Under the pieces are notes generated by a model. That model was given only the letters and a program-made list of their open reading frames with translations. It made no database searches and was not told the origin of the DNA. The translations under genes were made by a program, and so were the position numbers. From a virus (Duplodnaviria > Heunggongvirae > Uroviricota > Caudoviricetes), in the IMG/VR virus record IMGVR_UViG_3300028585_000514: DNA of 64,000 bases; one strand, 5' to 3'. Shown here piece after piece: positions 1 through 10,105 of this stretch. How positions within the stretch are numbered: position 1 is the first letter of the stretch; each line of letters begins with the position of its first letter.

Positions 1-108
1 GATGGCGACATGTATGACAAATTAGCTGAAGAACTAGGTCATGATATAATCCATGTAACAGCCGAGTTCGACGAGAAGTTCACCAAAATCTGGGCAACCA
101 CGAAATAA
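1..108 (+). CDS. 3' end of an upstream hypothetical protein (truncated by window edge)
   Basis: Open frame 1 (DGDMYDKLAEELG...WATTK) ending TAA at 106-108, just before the RBS of the next gene. Confidence 0.55.
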   Translation, partial: DGDMYDKLAEELGHDIIHVTAEFDEKFTKIWATTK

Positions 109-117
109 GGAATAAAC

Positions 118-540
118 ATGAAACTAGCATCAATCCTGAATAGCAATGACAAGTTGAAAGAGTCTGATGACTCTGAAGAATTCGGCTACGAGAACCATGT
201 CCTCGACATGCTGAAGAAAGATTTCGCTGGCAAAGTTGAAGTCAAGAAAGAAGTAAAATTTTCAGCGAAGTCCGTCGAAGGTACTGACGATGTAGATGGC
301 GGCGACCTAACCATCGAACTCGATAATGACGATACCATCGAACTGACTTGGGAATATAGCACGGGCTATTCATCCGAAGGCGCCATCAAGAACTTCAGTA
401 TGGAAGTCAATGGTCAACGCGTCAGTTGTGATCCAGAGCGTAACGGCAAAGGCGATGCCGCTGACATGCGTATCCTTACCGCGGTGGAAGCTGCGTACAA
501 GGAACACATCCAAGAAAACCTCGCAGACTACCTCGAGTAA
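118..540 (+). CDS. acidic hypothetical protein, candidate internal head protein
   Basis: AAGGA RBS; N-terminus MKLASIL...LKE resembles other putative capsid-targeted proteins in the window. Confidence 0.7.
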   Translation: MKLASILNSNDKLKESDDSEEFGYENHVLDMLKKDFAGKVEVKKEVKFSAKSVEGTDDVDGGDLTIELDNDDTIELTWEYSTGYSSEGAIKNFSMEVNGQRVSCDPERNGKGDAADMRILTAVEAAYKEHIQENLADYLE

Positions 541-601
541 TTTCAACTGATTCTTCTTGGACTGCGGTATAATTACGTACACGCTGCCCAAGAAGAATAA
601 T

Positions 602-1042
602 ATGGAATTCAAACGCCTCTCCCTAGACGAAACCTACCTTCGTATGGCGCATTTGTGGGCACATGATCGCTCACACTGCGTACGCAAAAAAGTCGGTGCA
701 CTGGCTGTTAAAGATGGCCAGATTATCGCTGATGGCTACAATGGAATGCCTAAAGGTTACCCAAACACTTGTGAGCTTCCTGATGGCAACACCAATCCCC
801 TCGTACTTCACGCTGAATCAAATCTCCTAGCTAAGATCGGTAAGTCGACTTCATCCTCCGTTGGGGCGACTCTGTACATAACCTTGTCGCCATGTATTGA
901 TTGCGCGAAGATGATTCTTCAACATGAAATCGCACGAGTCGTGTATGCCGAGGAATACCGCATCACTGATGGGCTAGAATTGCTCCGCAATTCTGGCGTC
1001 GAAGTCTCTCACGTTCCGGTGAAATTTCCAGTTTACAACTAG
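602..1042 (+). CDS. cd: dCMP deaminase
   Basis: HAESN and SPCIDC zinc-deaminase motifs, C-x-R-K-K-V-G-A and GYNG motifs; ATG at 602 preferred over TTG at 557. Confidence 0.93.
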   Translation: MEFKRLSLDETYLRMAHLWAHDRSHCVRKKVGALAVKDGQIIADGYNGMPKGYPNTCELPDGNTNPLVLHAESNLLAKIGKSTSSSVGATLYITLSPCIDCAKMILQHEIARVVYAEEYRITDGLELLRNSGVEVSHVPVKFPVYN

Positions 1043-1051
1043 TGGAAATAT

Positions 1052-1083
1052 AGTTATGATGTCATTACTCCATCATAACTTTT
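1052..1083 (+). terminator. hairpin AGTTATGATG/CATCATAACT with short T run
   Basis: 10-bp inverted repeat directly after the dCMP deaminase stop. Confidence 0.5.
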
Positions 1084-1096
1084 ATAGGAACAATAC

Positions 1097-1390
1097 ATGA
1101 GCACTCAAGCTTCCGTACTGCAACTGCCGCCAACCGTCCAGTTCGATTCGAACAACAAGGAACACCGGACGGCGTACGTGGACTTCCTGAATACGGGCAA
1201 GTGGAGCATGCGCTTCACCCTGGAGCATCCGTTCCAGTCGATCCCGAACATGATCATGTACAAGCTGGCTATCCTGGCCTGCGCAGCTGAAGGTACGGTC
1301 GACACGAGCGCGATGCTCGCCAAGTCCGCCATCCTCCCGACCGAGAAGGCGGTAGCAGTCAACAACGAACAGGTCGAGAAAGCCGCATGA
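1097..1390 (+). CDS. hypothetical protein
   Basis: AGGA RBS, GC-rich host-like codons. Confidence 0.75.
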   Translation: MSTQASVLQLPPTVQFDSNNKEHRTAYVDFLNTGKWSMRFTLEHPFQSIPNMIMYKLAILACAAEGTVDTSAMLAKSAILPTEKAVAVNNEQVEKAA

Positions 1391-1395
1391 TCTAA

Positions 1396-1938
1396 ATGTC
1401 ACAATTCAAGACGGACCTTAGCGATTATACGCTTTGGTTCGACGGTGTGATTGAAGTGGACCCTCAGAACATCGAGGGTCTATTCCTCAAAAACATCCCT
1501 CCCTCCCGCATCGCAGTATCCGAACTCACTCCAGACCTTGTACGCTACAATCGGCTAGCTAAAGACAAGATCACCACCAAAGAAGAAATCGACGCTGAGA
1601 AGATTTCCTTCGACTGGAACATCCCACCTGAATATTTGGCATTGAACGTTGAAGAACGAGTCTGGGCTGCCTTTTGGAAAAAACAACCTAGGAAGTCCGA
1701 GAAGGACACAAACGCTAGGACTGAAAGGATAGCCAGAGAATTATATGAGTACACCTCTCGTGGGCTCCTGGACGTTCTGCGAGTACTGATCTACGTTGTC
1801 GACACCTTCAAAAAGAATAATGTCGTCTGGGGCGTAGGCCGAGGTTCGAGCTGTGCATCTTACATCCTCTATCTCCTTGAGGTTCATTCAGTTGATCCGG
1901 TGAAGTACGACATCCCACTGGAAGAGTTTTTTAAGTAA
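1396..1938 (+). CDS. DNA polymerase III alpha (DnaE) N-terminal palm fragment
   Basis: WGVGRGSSCASYILYLLEVHSVDPVKYDIPLEEFFK corresponds to DnaE GPGRGS.AGSLVAY.L.IT..DPL...LLFERFL; stops just before the DxD motif. Confidence 0.85.
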   Translation: MSQFKTDLSDYTLWFDGVIEVDPQNIEGLFLKNIPPSRIAVSELTPDLVRYNRLAKDKITTKEEIDAEKISFDWNIPPEYLALNVEERVWAAFWKKQPRKSEKDTNARTERIARELYEYTSRGLLDVLRVLIYVVDTFKKNNVVWGVGRGSSCASYILYLLEVHSVDPVKYDIPLEEFFK

Positions 1939-1952
1939 AATCGAAAGCCAAC

Positions 1953-1960
1953 TATAAATA
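1953..1960 (+). promoter_or_regulatory. T4-like late promoter TATAAATA
   Basis: Exact T4 gp55 consensus upstream of 2019. Confidence 0.7.
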
Positions 1961-2018
1961 ATCTGTTTGTTGGCGGCCAGTCAGCAAATTCCAAAAATAA
2001 TAATAGGAGAAAAAACGT

Positions 2019-2249
2019 ATGGGTAAAATTGCACGCAGTGCTCGCGGCGAAATCGTCGACTTCGATCTAATCGCAATCCGTCAGCAGCTAGCTAGCGCAC
2101 CACCACCAGTTGAAGTGTCCGCTCGTCGCGAATACATCGACAACAAAGAAGCTGGTCGTCCAATGAAGGACACCATCCTAAATCCAATCAGCATCTCCGG
2201 CGAAGGTGACGGCGATGATGAGTTCGAGAACCCAAACCTCGACGAGTAA
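2019..2249 (+). CDS. small late hypothetical protein
   Basis: AGGAG RBS; downstream of late promoter. Confidence 0.75.
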   Translation: MGKIARSARGEIVDFDLIAIRQQLASAPPPVEVSARREYIDNKEAGRPMKDTILNPISISGEGDGDDEFENPNLDE

Positions 2250-2318
2250 CACCATCCCACCCATAGTCTCGGCATAGCGTCCGAGACTATCCATAACCAT
2301 AATACATAGGAAATATCA

Positions 2319-2636
2319 ATGAAGCTTAAACCACTAGGCAAGAACATTCTATTCGCATTTCTTGACCGCGTAACTCAAGACGGCTTTATCCCGAGCTCAG
2401 GCGGTTCCATCATTCTGACTCAACAAAACCTTGACCACAACCGTACCCCAAAGTGGGGCGTGGTTCTACTCACTGGTCCTCAAGTTCCTGCCAACGACAT
2501 CAAAGTTGGTGATTACATCCTAATCGAACCCCTCATGTGGACGCCCGGCTTTGAAGTCGAAGGTGTCAAAGCATGGAAGACCGATTCGGACAAAGTGATG
2601 GTTGTTACTTCAGAGGCGCCAGACATTTCTTTCTAA
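2319..2636 (+). CDS. GroES-like co-chaperonin (capsid folding)
   Basis: MKLKPLGKNILF start, GGSIILT mobile loop, GVVLLTGP, IKVGDYIL are Cpn10 hallmarks. Confidence 0.85.
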   Translation: MKLKPLGKNILFAFLDRVTQDGFIPSSGGSIILTQQNLDHNRTPKWGVVLLTGPQVPANDIKVGDYILIEPLMWTPGFEVEGVKAWKTDSDKVMVVTSEAPDISF

Positions 2637-2648
2637 CCTGGATTTTTC

Positions 2649-4364
2649 ATGACTTTAATTCTTTTACTTTTCTTAGCAGCACTCTCGCTAGAAGGTATTG
2701 GAACTTACATTTCAGTCATTGGCTTGGCAGCGACATTCGCTGCCGATCCCATCATTCTGACAATGGCCGTAGTTCTAGACTTCTGCAAAATCATCTCAGT
2801 AAACACCCTTGCAAAATCGTGGCCTCGACTGACTAAAACAGTTCGTACCTACCTTGTTGCTTCCACTCTAGTCCTTTCAATCATCACCTCGGCTGGTGTC
2901 GCTGGTTACCTTTCGAATTCGTTCCAAAAGGCCATGCTACCAACTCAAGGCAATGACATTGCGCTAGTGAGCCTAAAATCTGAACAAGAACGCCTACTTG
3001 CTCGCAAGAAGGAAATCGATACTCAGATTTCGCAGCTACCACCAAACCAAGTTCGCAGTCGTCAACGCTTGATGACCAGCTTCAAACCAGAAACTGATCA
3101 CATCAATACCCGCTTGATTGCAATCGAAGCTGAACTACCAAAACTCCAAACCACCAAAGTACAAGCGCATACCGAAGTCGGTGCCATCATGTACCTTGCT
3201 GAAATTGCTGGCATCACTCCAGGTCAAGCCGTCGGTATCATCATTGTGATGATCATCTTCGTGTTCGACCCTATGGCGATCGTCTTCTTGATCACAGCAA
3301 ATACCTTGCTACGATTCCGTAAAGAGGAGAAAGAGGAGAAGAAGCCAGAGCCAATCGTCATCGACGAGAAGGACGTGATCGATCAACCCATCGTGGATGA
3401 AGTCCTTGATCCTGAAGTCGTAGACGAACCTGAACCCGAGCCAGCTCCTTCGATTCTTGAAAAGCTTCCTGAGGTAGAAGATCAAGCAACGATCATCTAT
3501 CCTGTTAAGCGCCTTCCAAACATCACGATCGACATGACCCAAGTGCCGAAATCGACGCTTGCTATAGTTGAGCCTGTTGCGGAGAAGATCAATGCTGAAG
3601 TTGTTGTTGAAGAGCCAGCAATCGAAGAACCTCCGATCATCGTTCCAGAATATGTTCCGGTAGTCGAAGAGGAAGATACGACCCCGTATCCTTTTCCGCT
3701 AGTCGCACCGACTGAAGAACGCCCAACCGAACGCTATGAGGAAGAAGTTCATGAGAGCACCGAGAAGCTAGCCAAAGCACTAGATGGCGAACCACTCGTT
3801 CTGACCTCGCCATTCGAAGGCATGGATCAACCATGGACCGAAGAGAAGATCGCTGAACTGGATGCTGCACTTGCTCCTTATGAGACAGAGCCAGAACCGA
3901 CCTTCACGACAGACGTTGAAGTTCTTCACATTGGCGAACCAACTCCGATGCCGCTTGAAGAAGGAATGGAACTACTCAAGCAAGCTCTCGATCCAATTCG
4001 CAATGAACTTGCTGCTAAGGAAGAAGAACCACATCTCGAAGAAGTGCTTCGTGAAATCCTTGCTGACAAAGAAGGTCCACTGACCGATGAAGAACGTATT
4101 CGTCTTGATCGCGCATTAGATCGAATCTTTGCGAATGATCCTCAAAGGGAACACTCAGACGAGCCAGAAGACGAGGAAGCTGAAGATCATCAGCCAGTCG
4201 CCGAAAACGTCCCTGACGCCGTTCCTACCGAGCCTGAAGTTCAATACGCCCCGTCCACCCTGGACAATCCAAACCTAGACTCCGTCAAAGGTTCAGGCGT
4301 TCAATACGTAGGCCCAGTATTTGTCAACCCGACAGTGCTGGAAACCTACGCTGCAAAATCGTAA
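2649..4364 (+). CDS. membrane protein with coiled coil and long acidic Pro/Glu-rich tail
   Basis: Three N-terminal hydrophobic helices, coiled coil, fourth TM (IIFVFDPMAIVFLI), then ~350 aa low-complexity acidic tail. Confidence 0.8.
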   Translation: MTLILLLFLAALSLEGIGTYISVIGLAATFAADPIILTMAVVLDFCKIISVNTLAKSWPRLTKTVRTYLVASTLVLSIITSAGVAGYLSNSFQKAMLPTQGNDIALVSLKSEQERLLARKKEIDTQISQLPPNQVRSRQRLMTSFKPETDHINTRLIAIEAELPKLQTTKVQAHTEVGAIMYLAEIAGITPGQAVGIIIVMIIFVFDPMAIVFLITANTLLRFRKEEKEEKKPEPIVIDEKDVIDQPIVDEVLDPEVVDEPEPEPAPSILEKLPEVEDQATIIYPVKRLPNITIDMTQVPKSTLAIVEPVAEKINAEVVVEEPAIEEPPIIVPEYVPVVEEEDTTPYPFPLVAPTEERPTERYEEEVHESTEKLAKALDGEPLVLTSPFEGMDQPWTEEKIAELDAALAPYETEPEPTFTTDVEVLHIGEPTPMPLEEGMELLKQALDPIRNELAAKEEEPHLEEVLREILADKEGPLTDEERIRLDRALDRIFANDPQREHSDEPEDEEAEDHQPVAENVPDAVPTEPEVQYAPSTLDNPNLDSVKGSGVQYVGPVFVNPTVLETYAAKS

Positions 4365-4439
4365 TTCCTCCAAACTGGCGTAGTACAATTTCAACTCGAA
4401 GTTGTGCTACGCTTCTACAAAACAAAAATAATAATCCAA

Positions 4440-4883
4440 ATGGCAAATACTAACGTAGATGTACCATACATTGTGGTCGTATCCACTAACATGTATGCAG
4501 GCAGTTTTGAACGCGATATGACTGCGTATTGCACCGGCTCTTATGGTGAATGCGGAGTTGGCGACGACCAAGCCGAGCTCTTCCGTGAAGAAACTTCCGA
4601 AGAAATCCAAGCGTTATTTGAAGACGCCTTGTCACAACAACCGGATGATCGTGGCTGCCACCGTCCATGTTCGATCTGGAACCTAGGCAAGAACACTGGC
4701 TACAACGATGTTGCTATGTTCTTTGACTGTGAAGTAACGCAGCAAATGCTGGAAGCCATCAAAGACCGTGCTGTTGAATTCTCCAAGGAAGGCAGATACA
4801 ACGGTAAAATGCAAATCAAATCAGTCACGCTGATTGGTCGTACGGTAACCACCGTCGACACCATCCTCTCCACCCTCAAGTAA
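4440..4883 (+). CDS. hypothetical protein
   Basis: Operon-like position; ATG at 4440. Confidence 0.7.
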   Translation: MANTNVDVPYIVVVSTNMYAGSFERDMTAYCTGSYGECGVGDDQAELFREETSEEIQALFEDALSQQPDDRGCHRPCSIWNLGKNTGYNDVAMFFDCEVTQQMLEAIKDRAVEFSKEGRYNGKMQIKSVTLIGRTVTTVDTILSTLK

Positions 4884-4917
4884 CACCCTCACTTTTCACT
4901 CCTTACTTTACACACCT

Positions 4918-5841
4918 ATGTCTAAGATCAAACAATTGTGGGTGCGCAAGCACGCTCCTAAATCGCTGTCCGAAGTCGTCTTCCAAAACGAAACTCAAAA
5001 GCGCAAGTTCATGAAGTACCTAAGCGATGGTGAGTTCCCGCATCTGCTTTTGTCTGGTGTGCAAGGTTCGGGTAAATCGACTATCTCGAACGCGTTGGTC
5101 AATGACTTCAACATTGAAAAGATGGATGTCATGCGTATCAACGCTTCGAAAGAAAACAGCGTCGACACCATGCGTGAAAAGATTTCGAACTTCGTTCAGA
5201 CCTTCGCGACAAGCAAGTTCAAAGTCGTTCAGCTCGAAGAGATGGATGGCCTGTCCCATGCTGCACAAGCTGCACTGCGCGTGATCATGGAAGACTACTC
5301 GGACTATGTCCGCTTTATCGGCACCTGCAACTACGCAAACAAGATCATCCCCGCGCTGAAGTCGCGTATGACTCACTACGAGTTCAAAGCGCCTTCGTTC
5401 GAAGACACCGCAGTCCTGGTCGCCACGATCCTCGTCACCGAAGGCGTCGACTTTGAACCTGAACTGCTCGAGAAGTACATTGCCGCATCGTACCCAGACA
5501 TTCGCGCGCTGATCAATGCGGTGCAAGACAATTCGGAAGGCGGCAAGCTGACTGAACCAGAATCGGTCAACGGCTCTGACTACAAGTTCCAAATTCTCGA
5601 TATGCTGGAAGCCGGCGACATCCGAGGCATTCGCAAGCTGGTCTGCGAGAACGTTGGTCGCGAAGAGTACGAAGAAGTATACCGCTTCATGTACGAAAAC
5701 ATCCACAAGTGCAAAGGCTTCGATGCAGACAGCAACGAAGCAGCAATCGTCCTGATCGCCGACTATCTGTACCGCCATGCGGTCATGGCTGATCCCGAGA
5801 TCAACTTCGCCGCGCTGTGCTACAAACTGGTGAAGCTGTAA
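4918..5841 (+). CDS. clamp loader AAA+ subunit (T4 gp44/RFC-like)
   Basis: LWVRKHAPKSL, Walker A GVQGSGKST, INAS, Walker B LEEMD, ALKSR sensor. Confidence 0.93.
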   Translation: MSKIKQLWVRKHAPKSLSEVVFQNETQKRKFMKYLSDGEFPHLLLSGVQGSGKSTISNALVNDFNIEKMDVMRINASKENSVDTMREKISNFVQTFATSKFKVVQLEEMDGLSHAAQAALRVIMEDYSDYVRFIGTCNYANKIIPALKSRMTHYEFKAPSFEDTAVLVATILVTEGVDFEPELLEKYIAASYPDIRALINAVQDNSEGGKLTEPESVNGSDYKFQILDMLEAGDIRGIRKLVCENVGREEYEEVYRFMYENIHKCKGFDADSNEAAIVLIADYLYRHAVMADPEINFAALCYKLVKL

Positions 5842-5844
5842 TCT

Positions 5845-6462
5845 ATGTCACGCGAACAATGCACCTATGAACGTGTACTTCGCGATGTGGCTGAACATCA
5901 ACTGACTGTCATTCGTGATGATGATGTTCACCGTCATATTCGTCTCTCGCGTCCAGGCTCATCCGACTATTACTTCGACATCATCACATGGCCAGGCAAT
6001 CTGATCATCAGCGGCGATATGGGTGCATACTCATTCAATCGTCTCACTGATATGTTCGAGTTCTTCCGACATGAAGGCGGCTTCATTAATCCTGGCTATT
6101 GGGCTGAGAAGTTGACGTCGGCCGGTCGTGAAGGTTACGAAGAATTCGACGGCGATCGAACGCGTGAAGTCATCGAGCAGTATTACAATGAATGGCTCGA
6201 AGAGAATGGCCTCACCAAAGAAGAGGACATGGAAGGCAACGAAATCTGGGGTGAGATTAAGCGAGAAATCCTGGACTACATCGATGCCGGTGATGAACAC
6301 CGTGCCTTGACTGGCCTCTACGACTTCAACTACGAAGACTTTGAATTCACCGACATCTTCGAGTACCGGATGAAGCGGTACACCTTCCACTACATCTGGA
6401 ACTGCTACGCAATCGTGTGGGCAATCGAACAATACGACAAATACAAGAAGAACAATGGCTAA
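5845..6462 (+). CDS. hypothetical protein inserted between clamp loader subunits
   Basis: 205-aa ORF tightly coupled to neighbours. Confidence 0.8.
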   Translation: MSREQCTYERVLRDVAEHQLTVIRDDDVHRHIRLSRPGSSDYYFDIITWPGNLIISGDMGAYSFNRLTDMFEFFRHEGGFINPGYWAEKLTSAGREGYEEFDGDRTREVIEQYYNEWLEENGLTKEEDMEGNEIWGEIKREILDYIDAGDEHRALTGLYDFNYEDFEFTDIFEYRMKRYTFHYIWNCYAIVWAIEQYDKYKKNNG

Positions 6463-6916
6463 AGAATTCGCACTAGACATCTTCCACTTGCTCGGCCAAA
6501 TCGACAAGAAGGACACGATGTTCTACAGCAAGCTTACCGATGAACAGCGCAAGGCATACAGTCCACTTGTGTCCATGCGTTGGATGTCTGGCACTAACGA
6601 TGAACGCCAAATCATTTACTTGAATGAGCTGGTCAATCGTTTCGTGTTCAACATCGGCGAGCACAAGGAACTGCTGTACAAACTTCAATGCGCCGCAAGC
6701 TCCGGCACTCCACGCCGCTACAATTGGATGGCCGCCAAGACTGCTGCCAATAAGAAGAACAAAGGCCTAGACATCGTCATGCAATACTGCGACTATGGCG
6801 TTCGTGAAGCAAAGTCGGTGATGCCGCTTCTCGGCAGCGAAGACATCCTCGCGATGGCTGAAGAGCTTGGTTTCCAAAAAGAAGAACTGGCTAAGCTCAA
6901 GAAGGATTTGAAGTAA
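6455..6916 (+). CDS. probable clamp loader small subunit (gp62-like)
   Basis: DIFHLLGQI...YSPLVSMRWMS pattern and position after the gp44-like gene. Confidence 0.6.
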   Translation: MAKEFALDIFHLLGQIDKKDTMFYSKLTDEQRKAYSPLVSMRWMSGTNDERQIIYLNELVNRFVFNIGEHKELLYKLQCAASSGTPRRYNWMAAKTAANKKNKGLDIVMQYCDYGVREAKSVMPLLGSEDILAMAEELGFQKEELAKLKKDLK

Positions 6917-7311
6917 TGGTCAAGAAATATCGCCCTCCAAAGCGTAAGGTCGTCACTCCACCGTTGGATGAAACCCAATGGCAGTTCAAAAAGGGCATTG
7001 CTGCGATCCAAACTGCAATCGGCGCTCTTCAGCAACAGCTTGACACTGAACTCGAGAAGTGTCCTCATGCAATCGCGTATGAGGTCGAATACTCCGCTTG
7101 GTGTGAGATTTGCGGTGAAGATTTCGGATGGCACTGTCCAGTAAGTCCAGATCACGCTTGCCATTACTACTCGGAACGAAGTGCGCCCGGCATGGAGCCA
7201 ATCGTCAAACTCAACAATGGCGGCATTGCTTACCTATCATCCGACTACGAAGGTGATTGGGAGACTGACGACTGCTGCATCTTCTGTCACCAGCCAAACG
7301 AAAGAAAATAA
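6916..7311 (+). CDS. Cys-rich hypothetical protein
   Basis: CEIC, CPVSPDHACHY, CIFC; TAATG coupling. Confidence 0.75.
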   Translation: MVKKYRPPKRKVVTPPLDETQWQFKKGIAAIQTAIGALQQQLDTELEKCPHAIAYEVEYSAWCEICGEDFGWHCPVSPDHACHYYSERSAPGMEPIVKLNNGGIAYLSSDYEGDWETDDCCIFCHQPNERK

Positions 7312-7314
7312 TCC

Positions 7315-7983
7315 ATGGCATATGAATGCAAGTTCTGTTTGAAGAACTTCGTACGCGAAGGCTCCTTCATGAAACACCGTTGCGCCGAGATGAAGCGTGC
7401 GGAAGACATCGGTACCACGTCCGGCCAAGCAGCTTATGCTGCCTATGCATCTTGGATGCGGGCAATGAACCGTAAGGTCCCACCAATCGAAACGTTCTCG
7501 ACTTCGCGGTACTTCAACACGATGGTCAAATTTGTTGAATGGTGCTGGAAGGTTAAGCTACCATCAATGGAGAACTTCATCAAGCTGATGGTGTCGAGGA
7601 ACTTGTCGCCTATGCTGTGGTGCCGCGATGAATGCTACTCGCTGTATCTGGAATGGATCGACCGAACGTCCGACCCGCTGGACCAAGCAGCCATCACTAT
7701 CGATACGCTTTACAAGATGGCCGATGCTGCTGAGATGACGGTTGGTGACGTGTTTGGCCTGATTACTCACAGGGAAGTGATGCAGCTCATCAGGCAACGT
7801 TTGTTGAGCCCATGGCTATTGCTTTGCTCCAGACGATTCAAAACGTTCCTGACGGCGCTAGAGCCACTCGACAAAGACGAATTGATGTCATTGATCAACT
7901 ACAGCTATTGGGCTGAGAAGTTCGATGCCAATCCAAAGATCGTCGAACAAATGAAACTACTGGCCGGAGAGATGGGCATATGA
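7315..7983 (+). CDS. protein with N-terminal zinc finger
   Basis: YECKFCLKNF...MKHRC C2HC-type finger. Confidence 0.75.
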   Translation: MAYECKFCLKNFVREGSFMKHRCAEMKRAEDIGTTSGQAAYAAYASWMRAMNRKVPPIETFSTSRYFNTMVKFVEWCWKVKLPSMENFIKLMVSRNLSPMLWCRDECYSLYLEWIDRTSDPLDQAAITIDTLYKMADAAEMTVGDVFGLITHREVMQLIRQRLLSPWLLLCSRRFKTFLTALEPLDKDELMSLINYSYWAEKFDANPKIVEQMKLLAGEMGI

Positions 7984-8315
7984 TTGAAATATCGCAAGAC
8001 ACGATCGATGACGTACATGAAGTGCTTGGTGTGCTAAGCGATGGCATTGCTGGTGATTTGGAAGTTCAAGACACCATTGCAAAGGTACGTGAAAGCTTGC
8101 CCCAGCCGTCATGGTTCTCAACAGATGATGAGCCGCGCAAAGGTGAGCGATCGGCACACCAAATTGCGTATAGCATTTTGCAAGATCATTTGATCAGTGA
8201 GGACGAATGCAACAGCGTCGACTTCGAAGTGATCTATGGTCGCAAGACGTTGATGGAACTACTAGAGGAAATCGAAAGGCGCGTCAGCAGCTATGAAGTA
8301 CTACCATGGCAGTAA
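7980..8315 (+). CDS. hypothetical protein
   Basis: ATGA overlap with upstream gene. Confidence 0.7.
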   Translation: MIEISQDTIDDVHEVLGVLSDGIAGDLEVQDTIAKVRESLPQPSWFSTDDEPRKGERSAHQIAYSILQDHLISEDECNSVDFEVIYGRKTLMELLEEIERRVSSYEVLPWQ

Positions 8316-8691
8316 TGCCGATTACGATTTCCCATCGATTGAAGTCATACAGTCAGCAACAGAAGATAGTGATGTAGCAGCAAAAGCGGTGGTTGGCTAT
8401 TACGTTACTCCAATGCGCGACTTTGCCGAGCGCATTGGAAAGTACGTATACGAAATAGTGCTCAAAGAAGATGCAGTTGTAGAGGACCTTACTCTGTCGA
8501 ACATGGTCTCAATCTATGAACGAGAAAATGCTCTGTTGGAGTGGGATGATCAAGCCAAGAATTATAAAAAGCTTCGACTTGAATACCTGGCAAAAGGCGT
8601 TGATATGGTAAGCATCATCGAACATAATGGCACTTCCGGAGAAAGCTTTATCGTCAACCTCGACGCAATCGCCACCTTTACAAAACTATGA
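8293..8691 (+). CDS. putative ADP-ribosyltransferase-fold protein
   Basis: YYHGS...GYYVT...A...GKYVYEIVL...E pattern of small phage ART domains. Confidence 0.5.
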   Translation: MKYYHGSNADYDFPSIEVIQSATEDSDVAAKAVVGYYVTPMRDFAERIGKYVYEIVLKEDAVVEDLTLSNMVSIYERENALLEWDDQAKNYKKLRLEYLAKGVDMVSIIEHNGTSGESFIVNLDAIATFTKL

Positions 8692-9335
8692 TGATTGAAC
8701 AACTACTTGATGCTCTGCCAAATGGCTCAACCTTGTATCCGTACGGGTCCCGAGTCTACGGTACAACAACAGAAAACTCCGATCACGATTTTCAAATCAT
8801 CCTCGCAGATAAAGACTTTAAGCGAGAAGATTGGCGCAATGAACTTGCCGCAACTGGGCTTGATCTTCATGTGTGGAGCCATTCACAATGGGTGGATGCT
8901 TTGAACGATCATCGAGTGTATGCGTTGGAATGCTTTTACCTTCCTAAGGATAAGCAAATCAATAATTCGCTACACCTAGTCCATAAAATGAACACTATGA
9001 AATTCGGCTTCACTCTCAACAAAGCAAAGCTTCGTGAGGAGTTCTCGCGCGTGGCCTCGAACTCTTGGGTGAAGGCAAAGAAGAAGCTGATAGTTGAAGC
9101 AGACTACAACGAACGCATCGCTAAGAAGAGCATCTTCCATTCATTCCGCATCCTGGATTTCGGCGTGCAAATTGCTACTAAAGGCCGCATCGTGGATTAC
9201 AATTCAATGAATGGTATCTACTATGAAATCATGAGTCTTCCTGCTGATTGGGAGACGATTGACGCAACACTAAGAGGACGACACAATGCTCTAGCGTCAG
9301 AGTTTCGAAATGTGTGTCCCAAGGAAAAGATATGA
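8688..9335 (+). CDS. Pol-beta superfamily nucleotidyltransferase
   Basis: YGSRVYGT...SDHDF signature. Confidence 0.8.
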   Translation: MMIEQLLDALPNGSTLYPYGSRVYGTTTENSDHDFQIILADKDFKREDWRNELAATGLDLHVWSHSQWVDALNDHRVYALECFYLPKDKQINNSLHLVHKMNTMKFGFTLNKAKLREEFSRVASNSWVKAKKKLIVEADYNERIAKKSIFHSFRILDFGVQIATKGRIVDYNSMNGIYYEIMSLPADWETIDATLRGRHNALASEFRNVCPKEKI

Positions 9336-9541
9336 GATGGGATAACTACCAAACTCGCTTCGCTAAAAGACTTGCTAAGGTGAATTTCTGGCATTTGTAT
9401 TTTGCTTGTTATCCAATTGAAATCAGTGGCCGGATATACTGGTTGGAAAAGATTTGGCGCAAAGGTCGCGAAGATCGATTCCGAAATGAAATCAACTACG
9501 ATTACCGCGCATTGGAGGATGATCCATATGCCAAAGTTTAA
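9332..9541 (+). CDS. hypothetical protein
   Basis: ATGA overlap, AAGGA RBS. Confidence 0.6.
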   Translation: MRWDNYQTRFAKRLAKVNFWHLYFACYPIEISGRIYWLEKIWRKGREDRFRNEINYDYRALEDDPYAKV

Positions 9542-9851
9542 TCCAGTTGGTGCGGTCGATCCATACCAGAATACGTACAAACCTTTGTGGGCAGTGTATG
9601 GCATCGCTGCCTCGTATCCTCAAATGCGCGCACTGTGTCTGAACGAAATCAATGGCACTGTCAATGTTTGGGGTTACAGCGTTTACCAACGCAAGCCCGG
9701 TTATCGCACCGATGGCATTGCTCTGTGTGTTTGGATTGAACGAAATCGAGGCAAGGACTTTGAACCAACGTTCTTTGACTCTTTGCCTAACGCATTAGAC
9801 TATATGCGACAGCTGATGGAACCGAAATGCGAGCCGCTTAAGCAACGTTGA
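9528..9851 (+). CDS. hypothetical protein
   Basis: GGAGG RBS before ATG 9528. Confidence 0.7.
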   Translation: MPKFNPVGAVDPYQNTYKPLWAVYGIAASYPQMRALCLNEINGTVNVWGYSVYQRKPGYRTDGIALCVWIERNRGKDFEPTFFDSLPNALDYMRQLMEPKCEPLKQR

Positions 9852-9867
9852 TTTTTCACACGTGGGG

Positions 9868-9875
9868 TATAAATA
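9868..9875 (+). promoter_or_regulatory. late promoter TATAAATA
   Basis: Exact consensus upstream of 9926. Confidence 0.65.
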
Positions 9876-9925
9876 TCTATGATCGTTTTGATCAATACAA
9901 TTTATCCCACTCATTGGAGGTTATC

Positions 9926-10081
9926 ATGTCTGCTGGTAAAAAAGAACATCGCCTAGAATCCAACATCGAGCAGTTGAACGAAATCATCAACACGCTCGTG
10001 GAAGAAAACCACATGCTTAAGGTATTGCTACAGCAGTACCAAGGAACAACCTCCAATGGTCAAAAACGAAAAAAGAACTAA
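9926..10081 (+). CDS. small coiled-coil protein
   Basis: GGAGG RBS; heptad-like LESNIEQLNEIINTLVEENHMLKVLL. Confidence 0.65.
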   Translation: MSAGKKEHRLESNIEQLNEIINTLVEENHMLKVLLQQYQGTTSNGQKRKKN

Positions 10082-10105
10082 TCATCTTTCACAGGAGAGA
10101 TTGAC

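Noticed and set aside
1396-1938. Split-intein DnaE as in cyanobacteria
   Set aside because: Neither fragment has intein ends (Cys-led N-intein, His-Asn C-intein), and the break is in the palm
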